DNA of 64,000 nt from Chloroflexota bacterium. Its GTDB lineage: Bacteria; Chloroflexota; Dormibacteria; CF-121. A program made the position numbers and the translations under genes. The DNA is taken from contig VBID01000114.1 in NCBI GenBank assembly GCA_005880615.1, positions 93,324 through 157,323 of the forward strand. The letters run 5' to 3'. The notes under the pieces were generated by a model. That model saw only the letters and a program-made list of their open reading frames with translations. It was not told where the DNA came from and made no database searches. Shown here in pieces: positions 37,463-46,120 of the stretch (positions within the stretch are counted from its first letter, which is position 1; each line of letters begins with the position of its first letter).

Positions 37463-38536
37463 GTGCTGAAGTCTGATTTCATCAAGGCGCTCGACCAGAT
37501 CCAGGAGGAGAAGGGGATCTCGAAGGATTCGCTTCTCATGCTGGTGGAGAGCGCCCTCGCCACCGCCTACCGGCGCGCCTTTAACGCCGACACCGCTCGA
37601 GTCCGGATCGATCCGGACACGGCGCAGGTGTCCATCTTCGGCCGGCGTACGGTGGTCGACCGAGTGCAGGACGCCGCCACGGAGGTTTCCCTGGCGGACG
37701 CTCGGCGTGAGCGTCCGGAGGCGGCGCTAGGGGAGAGTCTCGAAGTGTCGATTCCCACCGAGGACTTCGCCCGCCTGGCCGCCCAGATCAGCAAGCAGGT
37801 GGTGTTCCAGCGCTTGCGCGAGGCGGAGAAAGACCAGGTCCTCAAAGACGTGCTCGAGCACCGCGGCGAGATGGTGAGCGGCGTCGTGGATCGAATCGAG
37901 GAGCACGGTGGCGAGAAGGTCGTCTACCTCGAGCTGGGCAAAGCGGAAGGCGTCATGCCCCCGGAGGAGCAGATCCCGGGCGAGTCGCTGCGGCCGGGCC
38001 AGCGGGTCAAGGTCCTGCTGCTGGAGCAGCGGCGGCACGGGCGCGGCGCCCAGGTCCTGGTCTCGCGAGCCCACAAGGCCTTCATCCGCCGGCTGCTCGA
38101 GTTCGAGATCCCCGAGGTGGCCTCGGGGGCGGTGCAAATCCGGGCGTTGGCCCGAGAACCCGGGGTCCGCACCAAGGTTGGGGTGTCGGCGACGCAGCCG
38201 GGCTTGGATCCGGTGGGGGCCTGCATCGGGCCGCGGGGAGTCCGGCACCGGTCGGTGGTGAGCGAGCTGGGCAACGAGCGGGTGGACTTCATTCCGTGGG
38301 CAGATGACCAGCCGACGCTGGTGGCCAACGCGCTCAGCCCGGCGACTGTGCTGGGCGTCGACATCGACCGCGCCGGCCGAACGGCGACGGCGCATGTCCC
38401 GGAGGGCCAGCTGTCCCTGGCCATCGGCAAGGAGGGCCAGAACGTCCGGCTGGCCGCCAAGCTGACGGGATGGCGAATCGACATCAAGCCGGTGACCGCG
38501 GCGGAGAGCGAGGCCAGACACGCCACCACGGCTTAG
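37463..38536 (+). CDS. nusA: Transcription termination/antitermination factor NusA
   Basis: N-terminal domain (ALESALATAYRR), S1, KH1/KH2 (IGKEGQNVRLAAKLTGWRIDIK). Confidence 0.9.
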   Translation: MLKSDFIKALDQIQEEKGISKDSLLMLVESALATAYRRAFNADTARVRIDPDTAQVSIFGRRTVVDRVQDAATEVSLADARRERPEAALGESLEVSIPTEDFARLAAQISKQVVFQRLREAEKDQVLKDVLEHRGEMVSGVVDRIEEHGGEKVVYLELGKAEGVMPPEEQIPGESLRPGQRVKVLLLEQRRHGRGAQVLVSRAHKAFIRRLLEFEIPEVASGAVQIRALAREPGVRTKVGVSATQPGLDPVGACIGPRGVRHRSVVSELGNERVDFIPWADDQPTLVANALSPATVLGVDIDRAGRTATAHVPEGQLSLAIGKEGQNVRLAAKLTGWRIDIKPVTAAESEARHATTA

Positions 38537-38552
38537 CCCGCCCCCGCTACGA

Positions 38553-38813
38553 ACGTGCGTCGCCTGCCGGCAATCCAAGCCCAAGCGCGAGCTGGTCCGG
38601 CTGGTCCGCGGCGCCGACGGCGTAGCCGTCGACCCGACCGGGCGGGCGCCGGGTCGGGGGGCTTACCTGTGCCGGGACCCAGCCTGCTGGCGAGTCGCGG
38701 AGAAGAAGCGGAGCCTGGAGCGGGCGCTGGGGGGTCCCATCCGTCGAGAGGATTGGCTGCGGCTGTCCGCGGGAATACTGAATTCAGTTCAGGCGACTAG
38801 TATCATTCCTTAG
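38553..38813 (+). CDS. ylxR: YlxR-family (DUF448) RNA-binding protein, start codon unresolved
   Basis: The frame +1 relative to the ORF-track ORF encodes RTCVACRQSKPKRELVRLVRGADGVAVDPTGRAPGRGAYLCRDPACW (a canonical YlxR motif) through to TAG 38811-38813. No in-frame ATG/GTG/TTG lies between the upstream TGA (38493-38495) and the CxxC motif. Confidence 0.6.
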   Translation, partial: TCVACRQSKPKRELVRLVRGADGVAVDPTGRAPGRGAYLCRDPACWRVAEKKRSLERALGGPIRREDWLRLSAGILNSVQATSIIP

Positions 38814-38849
38814 TTCGGCGTAATCCAGAGTTCATTCAGAGGAGTTCGT

Positions 38850-40847
38850 ATCGCTACTCAGACCCGTGGCATCAAAGTTCAACAGCTGGCGCGCGACCTC
38901 GGGGTCGAGGCCCGCGACATCCTGGAGTTCCTGAAGACGTATCGGCGTGCCCCGCGGCATGCCATGGCCGTGCTCACCCCGGACCAGGAGGCCGCGGCGC
39001 GGACTCAGTTCGCCCAGGCGGCCGCCCCGGTGGAGGCCGCCAAGCCCAGCGAGACCAAGGGGGTCCAGCTACCGCCCAGCGTCAGCGTGAAGGAGCTGGG
39101 GGAGTACCTCGGCGTCAGCGCCGTGGAGATCATCAAGGAACTGATGCGCAACGGCATCATGGCCAACATCAACCAGCAGATCGACTTCGACACGGCTGCC
39201 CTGGTCGCCGACACGTTCGGCATCCAGGCCTCGCCGATGGCGATGGACGCGGCCATCACGGAGGAGATCGTGGGCGAGGACACCAGCCAGGTCAAGATGA
39301 CCACCCGCTCCGAGCTCTTCAGCCTGGATGGAGAGGACCCGGCCAACCTGAGGCCCAGGCCGCCGGTGGTCACCGTCATGGGCCACGTCGACCATGGCAA
39401 GACCTCGCTACTGGACGCCATCCGACAGACCAAGGTGGCGGCGGGGGAGGCGGGCGGCATTACCCAGCGCATCGGCGCCTACTCGGTGGAGGAAAAGGGC
39501 CGCCCCGTGGTCTTCCTGGATACCCCCGGTCATGAAGCCTTCACCGCCATGCGGGCCCGCGGCGCCCAGGTCACGGATGTCGTGGTCCTGGTGGTGGCCG
39601 CCGATGATGGCGTGCAACCGCAGACAATCGAGGCCCTCTCCCACGCCAAGGCGGCGGGCGTGCCCATCGTGGTGGCCATCAACAAGATCGACCGCGAAGG
39701 GGCCAACCCGGAGCAGGTCATGCGGCAGCTTAGCGACCATGGCTTGGTGCCGGAGGCCTGGGGTGGCCAGACCGTCATGGTGCCCGTCTCGGCCAAGCAG
39801 AAGAAGGGCATCGGCGACCTCCTGGACATGATCCTGCTGGTTTCGGAGCTCCAGGAACTCAAGGCCAACCCCGCCAAGCCGGCCGCTGGCACCGTCATCG
39901 ACGCCCACCTCGAGAAGGGCCGAGGCCCGGTGGCCACGGTGCTGGTGCAGACCGGCACCCTCCGGGTCGGGGACAACATGGTGGTGGGGCATATCTTCGG
40001 CAAGGTGCGCGCCCTGCTGAATGATGAGGGCAAGAAGATGAAGGAAGCGGGTCCGGCCACCCCCGCGGTGGTGACCGGCCTACCCGACGTCCCCACCGCG
40101 GGTGACGTCTTCCAGGTGGTCTCCACCGAGAAGGTGGCCCGCACCATCGCCATGCAGCGAGCCGAGCAGCACCGGGTAGCTACCCTGGCGCAAACTCGCC
40201 GGGTGACGCTCGCCGACCTGGCGGCGCAGGTCCAGGAAGGCAAGATCAAGGACCTAAACCTGGTGCTCAAGGCCGAGAGCAACGGGTCGGTCGAGGCCCT
40301 GAAGAGCTCGCTGCTGAAGATCCAGGACCCGCAGGTCCGGATCAACATCGTCTTCGAGGGCGTGGGCGGAGTCACGGAGTCAGACATCCTGCTGGCGGCC
40401 GTCTCCAACGCTCTGGTCATCGCCTTCAGCGTCAAGCCCGACGCCGCCGCCCAGCGGGCGGCCGAGCGCGAGAAGGTCGATATCCGCCAGTACGACGTCG
40501 TGTACAACGTGACCAATGACATCGAGAAGGCCATCAAGGGCCTCTATGAGCCGACCTTCGTGGAGGTCTGGGAGGGCCGCGCCGAGGTGCTCCAGCCCAT
40601 CAAGATCCCCAAGGTCGGCAACATCGCCGGCTCCCGCGTCGTGGATGGCAAGATCTCCCGCGACTCGAGGGTCAAGATTTCCCGCGACGGCCAGCTGCTG
40701 CTGGAGGGACAGATCGTGGCTTTGAAGCGCTTCAAAGACGACGTCAAAGAAGTCACCGTGGGCCTGGAGTGCGGGATCCAGGTGGAGGGCTTCCAGGACT
40801 TCCAGACCGGTGACGTGCTGGATGCGTACCTGGTGAAACAGGCGTGA
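38850..40847 (+). CDS. infB: Translation initiation factor IF-2
   Basis: The IF2 N-domain (IKVQQLARDLGVEARDILEFLKT) is encoded upstream of the first ATG (38964), in frame. The frame opens after TAG 38811-38813 with no canonical start. ATC 38850 sits 5 nt after AGAGGAG. G-domain GHVDHGKTSLLD...DTPGHEAF...NKID. Confidence 0.85.
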   Translation: MATQTRGIKVQQLARDLGVEARDILEFLKTYRRAPRHAMAVLTPDQEAAARTQFAQAAAPVEAAKPSETKGVQLPPSVSVKELGEYLGVSAVEIIKELMRNGIMANINQQIDFDTAALVADTFGIQASPMAMDAAITEEIVGEDTSQVKMTTRSELFSLDGEDPANLRPRPPVVTVMGHVDHGKTSLLDAIRQTKVAAGEAGGITQRIGAYSVEEKGRPVVFLDTPGHEAFTAMRARGAQVTDVVVLVVAADDGVQPQTIEALSHAKAAGVPIVVAINKIDREGANPEQVMRQLSDHGLVPEAWGGQTVMVPVSAKQKKGIGDLLDMILLVSELQELKANPAKPAAGTVIDAHLEKGRGPVATVLVQTGTLRVGDNMVVGHIFGKVRALLNDEGKKMKEAGPATPAVVTGLPDVPTAGDVFQVVSTEKVARTIAMQRAEQHRVATLAQTRRVTLADLAAQVQEGKIKDLNLVLKAESNGSVEALKSSLLKIQDPQVRINIVFEGVGGVTESDILLAAVSNALVIAFSVKPDAAAQRAAEREKVDIRQYDVVYNVTNDIEKAIKGLYEPTFVEVWEGRAEVLQPIKIPKVGNIAGSRVVDGKISRDSRVKISRDGQLLLEGQIVALKRFKDDVKEVTVGLECGIQVEGFQDFQTGDVLDAYLVKQA

Positions 40848-41293
40848 GCATCGACCAGGAGGGCTACGGCTACCGCCCCGACGAGCGCGGTGTCGATCGC
40901 CTGATGGAAGACCTGCGAACGCTTTCGCCAGCGGGCATCGACCGCGCGGCCTGGGGGTGGGATTCGCACGAGGGCGGGCACTCGGTGGAACGCTTCCGCG
41001 ACGCCGAAAAAGCGGCCCTCCGCGTCATCGAGCAGTCGAATCGTGGCCCCGCCTGGGAACAGGTGCGGCGCTCCATCCTGGACCTGACCGAAGGGCGTTC
41101 CTCGCTGGTGTCCTGGAAGATCGAGCATGGGGACCCCGGCCACAAGGCGGAGCAGGCCGCCCTGGGCGCGGCCCTGGCGTTAGTGGGGGGAGAGAAATTG
41201 CCCCACAAGGAATTCGTCAGCCTGGTCCGCCCGATGGCGGAGGCGCTGCCCTGGCTCCTGCCGGAGGTCGCACCCGAACCGCGCCGGTCGTAA
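40844..41293 (+). CDS. Hypothetical protein in the infB-rbfA operon
   Basis: GTG overlaps the infB stop (GTGA). No recognisable domain. Translation begins MSIDQEGYGYRPDERGVDRLMEDLRTLSPAGIDRAAWGWDSHEGG. Confidence 0.5.
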   Translation: MSIDQEGYGYRPDERGVDRLMEDLRTLSPAGIDRAAWGWDSHEGGHSVERFRDAEKAALRVIEQSNRGPAWEQVRRSILDLTEGRSSLVSWKIEHGDPGHKAEQAALGAALALVGGEKLPHKEFVSLVRPMAEALPWLLPEVAPEPRRS

Positions 41294-41300
41294 GAGACAC

Positions 41301-41328
41301 CCTTCCCTCCCCCCTGAAGCGAGGGGAA
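41301..41328 (+). repeat. GC-rich hairpin (divergent member of the CCCTCCC...GGGAGGG family) in the rbfA leader
   Basis: CCTTCCCTCCCCCCTGAAGCGAGGGGAA folds as CCCCT-gaagcg-AGGGG. Confidence 0.35.
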
Positions 41329-41390
41329 ATGTTGGCGCGGCGATGTCCTGAGCTTAGGTGGGAGCGCAATGGGGGAGAATAGGTCCCGTG

Positions 41391-41753
41391 GGAACGCACC
41401 GCGTGGAACGGGTGGCGGCGCAGCTGCAGAAGGAGATCAGCGAGATCATGCGGCGCGACCTCAAGGATCCGAGGGTCTCCATGTGCAGCATTACCCAGGT
41501 CAAACTGTCCCCCGACCTGCGTAATGCCACCATCCGGGTGAGCGTCGTCGGGGAGCCGGATAGCCAGCAGGCGGCGATCGAGGGCCTGCAGCGGGCGCGG
41601 GGCTTCATCCGCCGTGAGCTGGGGGCCCGGTTGACCAACCTCCGCTTTTCCCCAGAGCTCCGGTTCGAGCTGGACCTGTCGATCGCGTACAGCGTGCGCG
41701 TCAGCCAGCTCTTGCGAGAGGTGCTTCCCAGCGACCAATCAGCGAATGGCTGA
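41391..41753 (+). CDS. rbfA: Ribosome-binding factor A
   Basis: GTG 41391 after GGGGGAGAATAGG. RVERVAAQLQKEISEIMRRDLKDPRV...VKLSPDLRNATIRVSV. Confidence 0.85.
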   Translation, partial: GTHRVERVAAQLQKEISEIMRRDLKDPRVSMCSITQVKLSPDLRNATIRVSVVGEPDSQQAAIEGLQRARGFIRRELGARLTNLRFSPELRFELDLSIAYSVRVSQLLREVLPSDQSANG

Positions 41754-42750
41754 GCTCTCTCCCCCGCGCCCGGAGGTGGCCGAGGCGGCCCCCCGCATCT
41801 GGTCGATTGTCGCGTCGGCCACGGCATTGGGAGCGATCTGTCACAAAGACGCCGACGGCGACACGCTGGGGTCGGCGCTGGCGTTCCGGTTCGCCCTCCA
41901 GCCACTGGGCAAGCGGGTCAGCGTGGTCGCCTCGCCGCCGGTCCCGCAGGCGTGGTGGTTTCTGCCGGGAATCGAGACGGTGAACGCCACCTCCCTGCCC
42001 TCGGGCGGCCCCCTGTTCATCTTCGACTCGACCGGACCGGAACGGGCCGGGATTCACGCCGACACCATCCGGCGGGCGCCGGTCGTGGTCAACATCGATC
42101 ATCACATCTCCAACCCTGGTTTTGGATCGGTGGACCTGGTCATCACCGAGGCCGCCTCGACCGGGGAGATCGTCTTCGACTTGCTCAAGGCCTGGAAGGT
42201 CCAGATCCCCCCCGAAGCCGCGGCCAACCTGTACGCCACCATCCTGTCCGACACGGGCGGTTTCCGGCACGACAACACCTCCGAGCGCGCGCTGCGGGCG
42301 GCCGCCGAGCTGGTTTCGCTGGGGGCCGACCCGGCGCTGATCGCCCGCGGTCTGTTCAAGAGCCGGCCGGCGTCGACGCTGCGGATGCAGGGCCGGATCC
42401 TGCAGAGCCTCCATTTCGAGTGCGGGGACCGGTTGGTCTGGGGGGCGATCACCCAGGCCGATCTGCGCGACACCGGCGCCTTGACCGAACAGGCCGATGG
42501 CGCCATCGATCAGCTCAACACGGTGCGGGGAGAGGAGATCGCCATCCTGTTCAAGCAGGTCAGTCCGGTGCTGACCAAGGTCAGCATTCGGACGCGCGAG
42601 CAGGTGGACGCCGCCGCCCTGGCGGCCGAGTTCGGGGGAGGCGGACACCGCCGCGCCTCGGGCCTCGAGCTGGAGGTACCGCTGTCCGAGGCGGAAGGCC
42701 GCGTGCTGCAAGCGGCGCGGCGGGTGCTTGGCTGCCCGGAGCCCGACTGA
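41746..42750 (+). CDS. nrnA: DHH/DHHA1 phosphoesterase (NrnA-like oligoribonuclease/pAp phosphatase)
   Basis: DHH motifs (ICHKDADGDTLGSALA, NIDHH) and DHHA1 GGGH. Confidence 0.8.
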   Translation: MAELSPPRPEVAEAAPRIWSIVASATALGAICHKDADGDTLGSALAFRFALQPLGKRVSVVASPPVPQAWWFLPGIETVNATSLPSGGPLFIFDSTGPERAGIHADTIRRAPVVVNIDHHISNPGFGSVDLVITEAASTGEIVFDLLKAWKVQIPPEAAANLYATILSDTGGFRHDNTSERALRAAAELVSLGADPALIARGLFKSRPASTLRMQGRILQSLHFECGDRLVWGAITQADLRDTGALTEQADGAIDQLNTVRGEEIAILFKQVSPVLTKVSIRTREQVDAAALAAEFGGGGHRRASGLELEVPLSEAEGRVLQAARRVLGCPEPD

Positions 42751-43643
42751 CCGTCTCCACGAAGGTTCACGCCGGCCTGCTCAACATCGCCAAGCCTCCG
42801 GGCGTGACCTCGTTCGGCGTCGTCCACCGGGTGCGCCGGCTGACCGGGGTGCGCCGGGTCGGCCACGGCGGCACCCTGGACCCGGCGGCCGACGGGGTGC
42901 TGCCGGTGCTCATCGGACCGGCCACCCGACTGACCGAGCTGGTGCACGAGTGGCCAAAGACCTACCGGGCCACCCTGCAGCTGGGGGCGACATCGACCAC
43001 CTATGATGCCGAGGGCGTGGTCACCCCGCGGTCGGATCCCAGCCGGGTGAACGAGGCGATGATCACCGCCCTGCTGCCGGACTTCGTGGGGCACATCGCG
43101 CAGGTGCCACCTCTCTATTCGGCGCTCAAGGTGGGAGGCGAGCCCCTCTATCGAAAGGCGCGGCGCGGGGAGACCGTAGCACTGGTCGCCCGACCCGTCC
43201 AGATCATCGGGATAGCGCTGCGGTCTTTCGACCAGGCGACCGGTCGGGCCGTGATCCATGTCCAGTGCGGCCGGGGTGCCTACGTTCGCAGCCTGGCCCA
43301 TGACCTGGGGGCCCGACTCGGGTGCGGCGCCTATCTGGCGGCATTGACCCGCACGGCGGTGGGGCCACTCCAGCTGGCGGACGCCGTACTGCTGGGAACC
43401 CTGGAGCAGGCGGGCCCGAACTGGGAGCGCTGGCTGCTGGCGCTGGACCTTCCGCTGCGCGACTGGGCCGCCATCACGGTCGACGCCGGGCAGGCCCTGG
43501 CGCTCAGCCATGGCCAGCCGATGGGACCGCAGCCCGTGGCGGCCGGCCGCTACCGGGTGATCGATGAGACCGGCCGGCTGCTGGCCTGGGGTGTGATCGA
43601 TGCCGCGGGGCGGTTTGCGCCGGCCGGGGTTTTCCCGCCGTGA
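42729..43643 (+). CDS. truB: tRNA pseudouridine(55) synthase
   Basis: HAGLLNIAKPPGVTSFGVVHRVRRL...GHGGTLDP catalytic Asp motif. TTG 42729 is the only canonical start before the conserved block, and it overlaps nrnA by 22 nt. Confidence 0.85.
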   Translation, partial: WLPGARLTVSTKVHAGLLNIAKPPGVTSFGVVHRVRRLTGVRRVGHGGTLDPAADGVLPVLIGPATRLTELVHEWPKTYRATLQLGATSTTYDAEGVVTPRSDPSRVNEAMITALLPDFVGHIAQVPPLYSALKVGGEPLYRKARRGETVALVARPVQIIGIALRSFDQATGRAVIHVQCGRGAYVRSLAHDLGARLGCGAYLAALTRTAVGPLQLADAVLLGTLEQAGPNWERWLLALDLPLRDWAAITVDAGQALALSHGQPMGPQPVAAGRYRVIDETGRLLAWGVIDAAGRFAPAGVFPP

Positions 43644-44575
43644 GCCTGACCGTCCGCTTCGGGTTCCCGGATCCGGGGATGTTTGGCCCGGTGCACGCCA
43701 CCATTGGCACCTTCGATGGCCTGCACCGGGGCCACCTCAGAGTGGTGACCCCGGTCATTGAGGGGGCCCGCGCCGCGGGGGTGGTCAGCCTGGTGGTGAC
43801 GTTTGAGCCACATCCGCGCTGCGTGCTCGATCCCGACCACTGTCCGCAGAACCTGACGACCCTGGATGAGAAGACCTGGTTGCTCGACCAGCTCGGCCTG
43901 GACCACCTGCTGGTCATCCCGTTCACGCCCCAGGTGGCGGCCCTGAGCCCGGCCGACTTCATGCGCCGCCTGACCCGCGGCATGCAACTCCAGCATCTCT
44001 TCGCTGGCTATGACTTCGCCTTCGGGCGGGGCCGCCGGGGCGACCACACGTTCTTGCGCCAGCTGGGTACCCGGCAGGGGTTTGCGCTGGATGTGGTCCC
44101 GGCGCAGGAACGTGGCGGCGAGCCGATCAGCAGCTCTCGCATCCGGCGGCTGCTCTTGCTGGGCCAGGTACGGGCCGCGTCGCAACTCCTCGGCCGCGAC
44201 TACTTCCTGCGCTCGGTGGTGGAGCAGGGGGCCCAGCGGGGCAAAGGGCTGGGATTCCCCACGGCCAACCTGAAGATCACGCCCAACAAGTTGCTGCCGG
44301 CCAACGGGGTGTACGCTGTCCGGGTCGACCTGGAGGGGGCCGAGTATCAGGGCGCCCTGAACCTGGGGTTTCGTCCCACGTTTGGCGGCCATGCCCTGAC
44401 CGTCGAAGTCTTCCTCTTCGACTACCAGGGCGACCTGTACGGCAAACTGCTGACAGTGTTCTTCGTCCAGCGACTGCGGGGGGAGCGGCGGTTCGCCTCT
44501 GTTACCGCGCTCCAGCACCAGATCAGCCGGGATGTGGAGACCGCACGACGGGTCCTGAGCCGCTCGTCATCGTAA
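43640..44575 (+). CDS. ribF: Bifunctional riboflavin kinase/FAD synthetase
   Basis: ATIGTFDGLHRGH adenylyltransferase motif and C-terminal riboflavin kinase domain. Confidence 0.85.
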   Translation: MSLTVRFGFPDPGMFGPVHATIGTFDGLHRGHLRVVTPVIEGARAAGVVSLVVTFEPHPRCVLDPDHCPQNLTTLDEKTWLLDQLGLDHLLVIPFTPQVAALSPADFMRRLTRGMQLQHLFAGYDFAFGRGRRGDHTFLRQLGTRQGFALDVVPAQERGGEPISSSRIRRLLLLGQVRAASQLLGRDYFLRSVVEQGAQRGKGLGFPTANLKITPNKLLPANGVYAVRVDLEGAEYQGALNLGFRPTFGGHALTVEVFLFDYQGDLYGKLLTVFFVQRLRGERRFASVTALQHQISRDVETARRVLSRSSS

Positions 44576-45450
44576 ACCCGGTCGCGGGCGATGGCCGGGC
44601 GCGCCGGTTCTGGGCCCGCGGCGCCGCCGCCTGTGCTGCCGCCGGGGTGAACGTGAACGTCGTCTGGACCACCCGGCGCGGCGCCGCCGCCGAGGCCGCG
44701 GCCACCGCCAACGGGCAAACCGTGATCGCGGTGGGCGGCGATGGCACCATCCACGAGGTGGTGAACGGATTGCTGCGTCGGCCGGGAACGGCGCGGCCCC
44801 GTTTCGGAGCCCTGCCCGCCGGAACGGGCGGCGACTTCTGCCGCAGCCTGCCCGGACCGCGCGACCCGGCCCTGATCCCGGGGTGGCTCCAGGCGTCCCG
44901 GTTCAAAACCATCGACGCGGCGCGCGCCGCCACCTCCAACGGCCGGCGATTCTTCATCAACGCGGCCGATGCCGGCATCGGGGCCCGCATCGCCCGCCGG
45001 GCGGTCGCTGCCCCGGCGCTGCTGGGCGGGACCGCTCGGTACCTTGGCGCCGCCGCCTGGAGCCTCATGGTGCACCGAAACGTGGCGGTGCGCCTCCGCC
45101 TCGACGACGGGCCGACCGAGCGCCTCCGAGTCTGGACCATCGTGGTGGCCAACGGCGGCTATGCCGGCAGTGGCATGTGGCTGGCGCCCGACGCCAGGCT
45201 GGATGACGGGTGGCTGGATGTGGTGATCATCGGCGACATCGGGCGGCCACTGGCTATCCGCAGCCTCCCGCTGCTGTACCAGGGAAAACATGGACGGCTG
45301 GCGCAGGTGCGCTTCGCCCGGGCCCGCCGGGTGGAGATTGAGGCCGAGACCCCCGCCCAGGTCCAGGCCGATGGCGAGCTGGTGGGGGAGACGCCCGCCG
45401 TCTTCGAGGTGATACCGGGAGCCCTGGACGTCCTCTCGTGGGACGGCTGA
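44569..45450 (+). CDS. DAGK_cat-family lipid kinase (YegS/diacylglycerol kinase-like)
   Basis: The conserved N-terminus LVIVNPVAGDGRARRF and the GGDGT motif are in one frame, which has no ATG/GTG/TTG for more than 200 nt upstream of GTG 44647. ATC 44569 is the candidate start, overlapping the ribF stop. Confidence 0.7.
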   Translation: MVNPVAGDGRARRFWARGAAACAAAGVNVNVVWTTRRGAAAEAAATANGQTVIAVGGDGTIHEVVNGLLRRPGTARPRFGALPAGTGGDFCRSLPGPRDPALIPGWLQASRFKTIDAARAATSNGRRFFINAADAGIGARIARRAVAAPALLGGTARYLGAAAWSLMVHRNVAVRLRLDDGPTERLRVWTIVVANGGYAGSGMWLAPDARLDDGWLDVVIIGDIGRPLAIRSLPLLYQGKHGRLAQVRFARARRVEIEAETPAQVQADGELVGETPAVFEVIPGALDVLSWDG

Positions 45451-45638
45451 GCCCGAACCCACAGAAACGAACTTGCATCTCGGATGCGGCCTGAGCCCGA
45501 GGCCGGGCTCCGAGCGTCGTCTCCTGTGCGCGCTCGGTCACGCATCGACGGATGCGCTCCCTCGCCTGCTCGTCGCCTCCTTCGGCTCGGCGCGCCCCGC
45601 ATCTCAATCTGCTTCGTCCGCTCGGTGGATCCGGGCTG
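45450..45638 (+). mobile_element. MITE-like element copy B (about 190 bp, imperfect TIRs)
   Basis: It begins at the DAGK stop codon. The core is about 90% identical to the reverse complement of 13227-13387. Termini AGCCCGAACCCACAG ... CGGTGGATCCGGGCTGG are inverted. Internal direct repeats CGTCGTCTCC and CGTCGCCTCC. Central palindrome CGCATCGACGGATGCG. Confidence 0.5.
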
Positions 45639-45705
45639 GCCAAACAGCTGTTCCCTGTTTTCGGCTGACGGCAAGGACTACCATCGGGTCGAAAAGGAGG
45701 TAACG

Positions 45706-46062
45706 GCCATGGGCAAGTACGCAGTCATGGGCGGCTACACGGCGGAGACCTGGGCCCGCTTCGTTCAGAATCCGGGGGACCGGGCCGCCGCGGTGCGGAA
45801 AGCCGCGGAGAGCGTGGGGGCGAAGCTCGACAGCATTTACTGGACGTTCGGCGACGACGACTATCTGGTGATCGTGGACGCGCCGGATGATGTCACCGCG
45901 GCGGCCGTTTCGGTCGCCGTCGGAAGCTCCGGCGCCCTTCGGAACCTGCGGACCATCAAGTTGATTACGGCCGACGAGCTGCAGAAGGTGCTGGCCAAAG
46001 CCAAGACCGCGGCCGGCGCGTACGTTCCACCTGGGGCCAGGGAGCCCGTCGCCACCCGCTGA
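45706..46062 (+). CDS. GYD-domain protein
   Basis: ATG after AAAAGGAGGT. MGKYAVMGGYTAETWARFVQNP...YWTFGDDDYLVIVDAPDD matches the GYD family. Confidence 0.7.
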   Translation, partial: AMGKYAVMGGYTAETWARFVQNPGDRAAAVRKAAESVGAKLDSIYWTFGDDDYLVIVDAPDDVTAAAVSVAVGSSGALRNLRTIKLITADELQKVLAKAKTAAGAYVPPGAREPVATR

Positions 46063-46083
46063 TCGCGACCCGTCGACCCGAAA

Positions 46084-46117
46084 GGCGGGCGGCCATCGGG
46101 CCGCCCGTTATTTTGTT
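46084..46117 (+). terminator. Intrinsic terminator
   Basis: GGCGGGCGGCC-atcg-GGCCGCCCG followed by TTATTTTGTT, 22 nt after the GYD stop. Confidence 0.6.
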
Positions 46118-46120
46118 CCG

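Noticed and set aside
38555-38800. ORF-track ORF between nusA and infB
   Set aside because: It is out of frame. The +1 frame encodes a textbook YlxR/DUF448 (RTCVACRQ...GRGAYLC).The listed frame gives Arg/Pro-rich filler.
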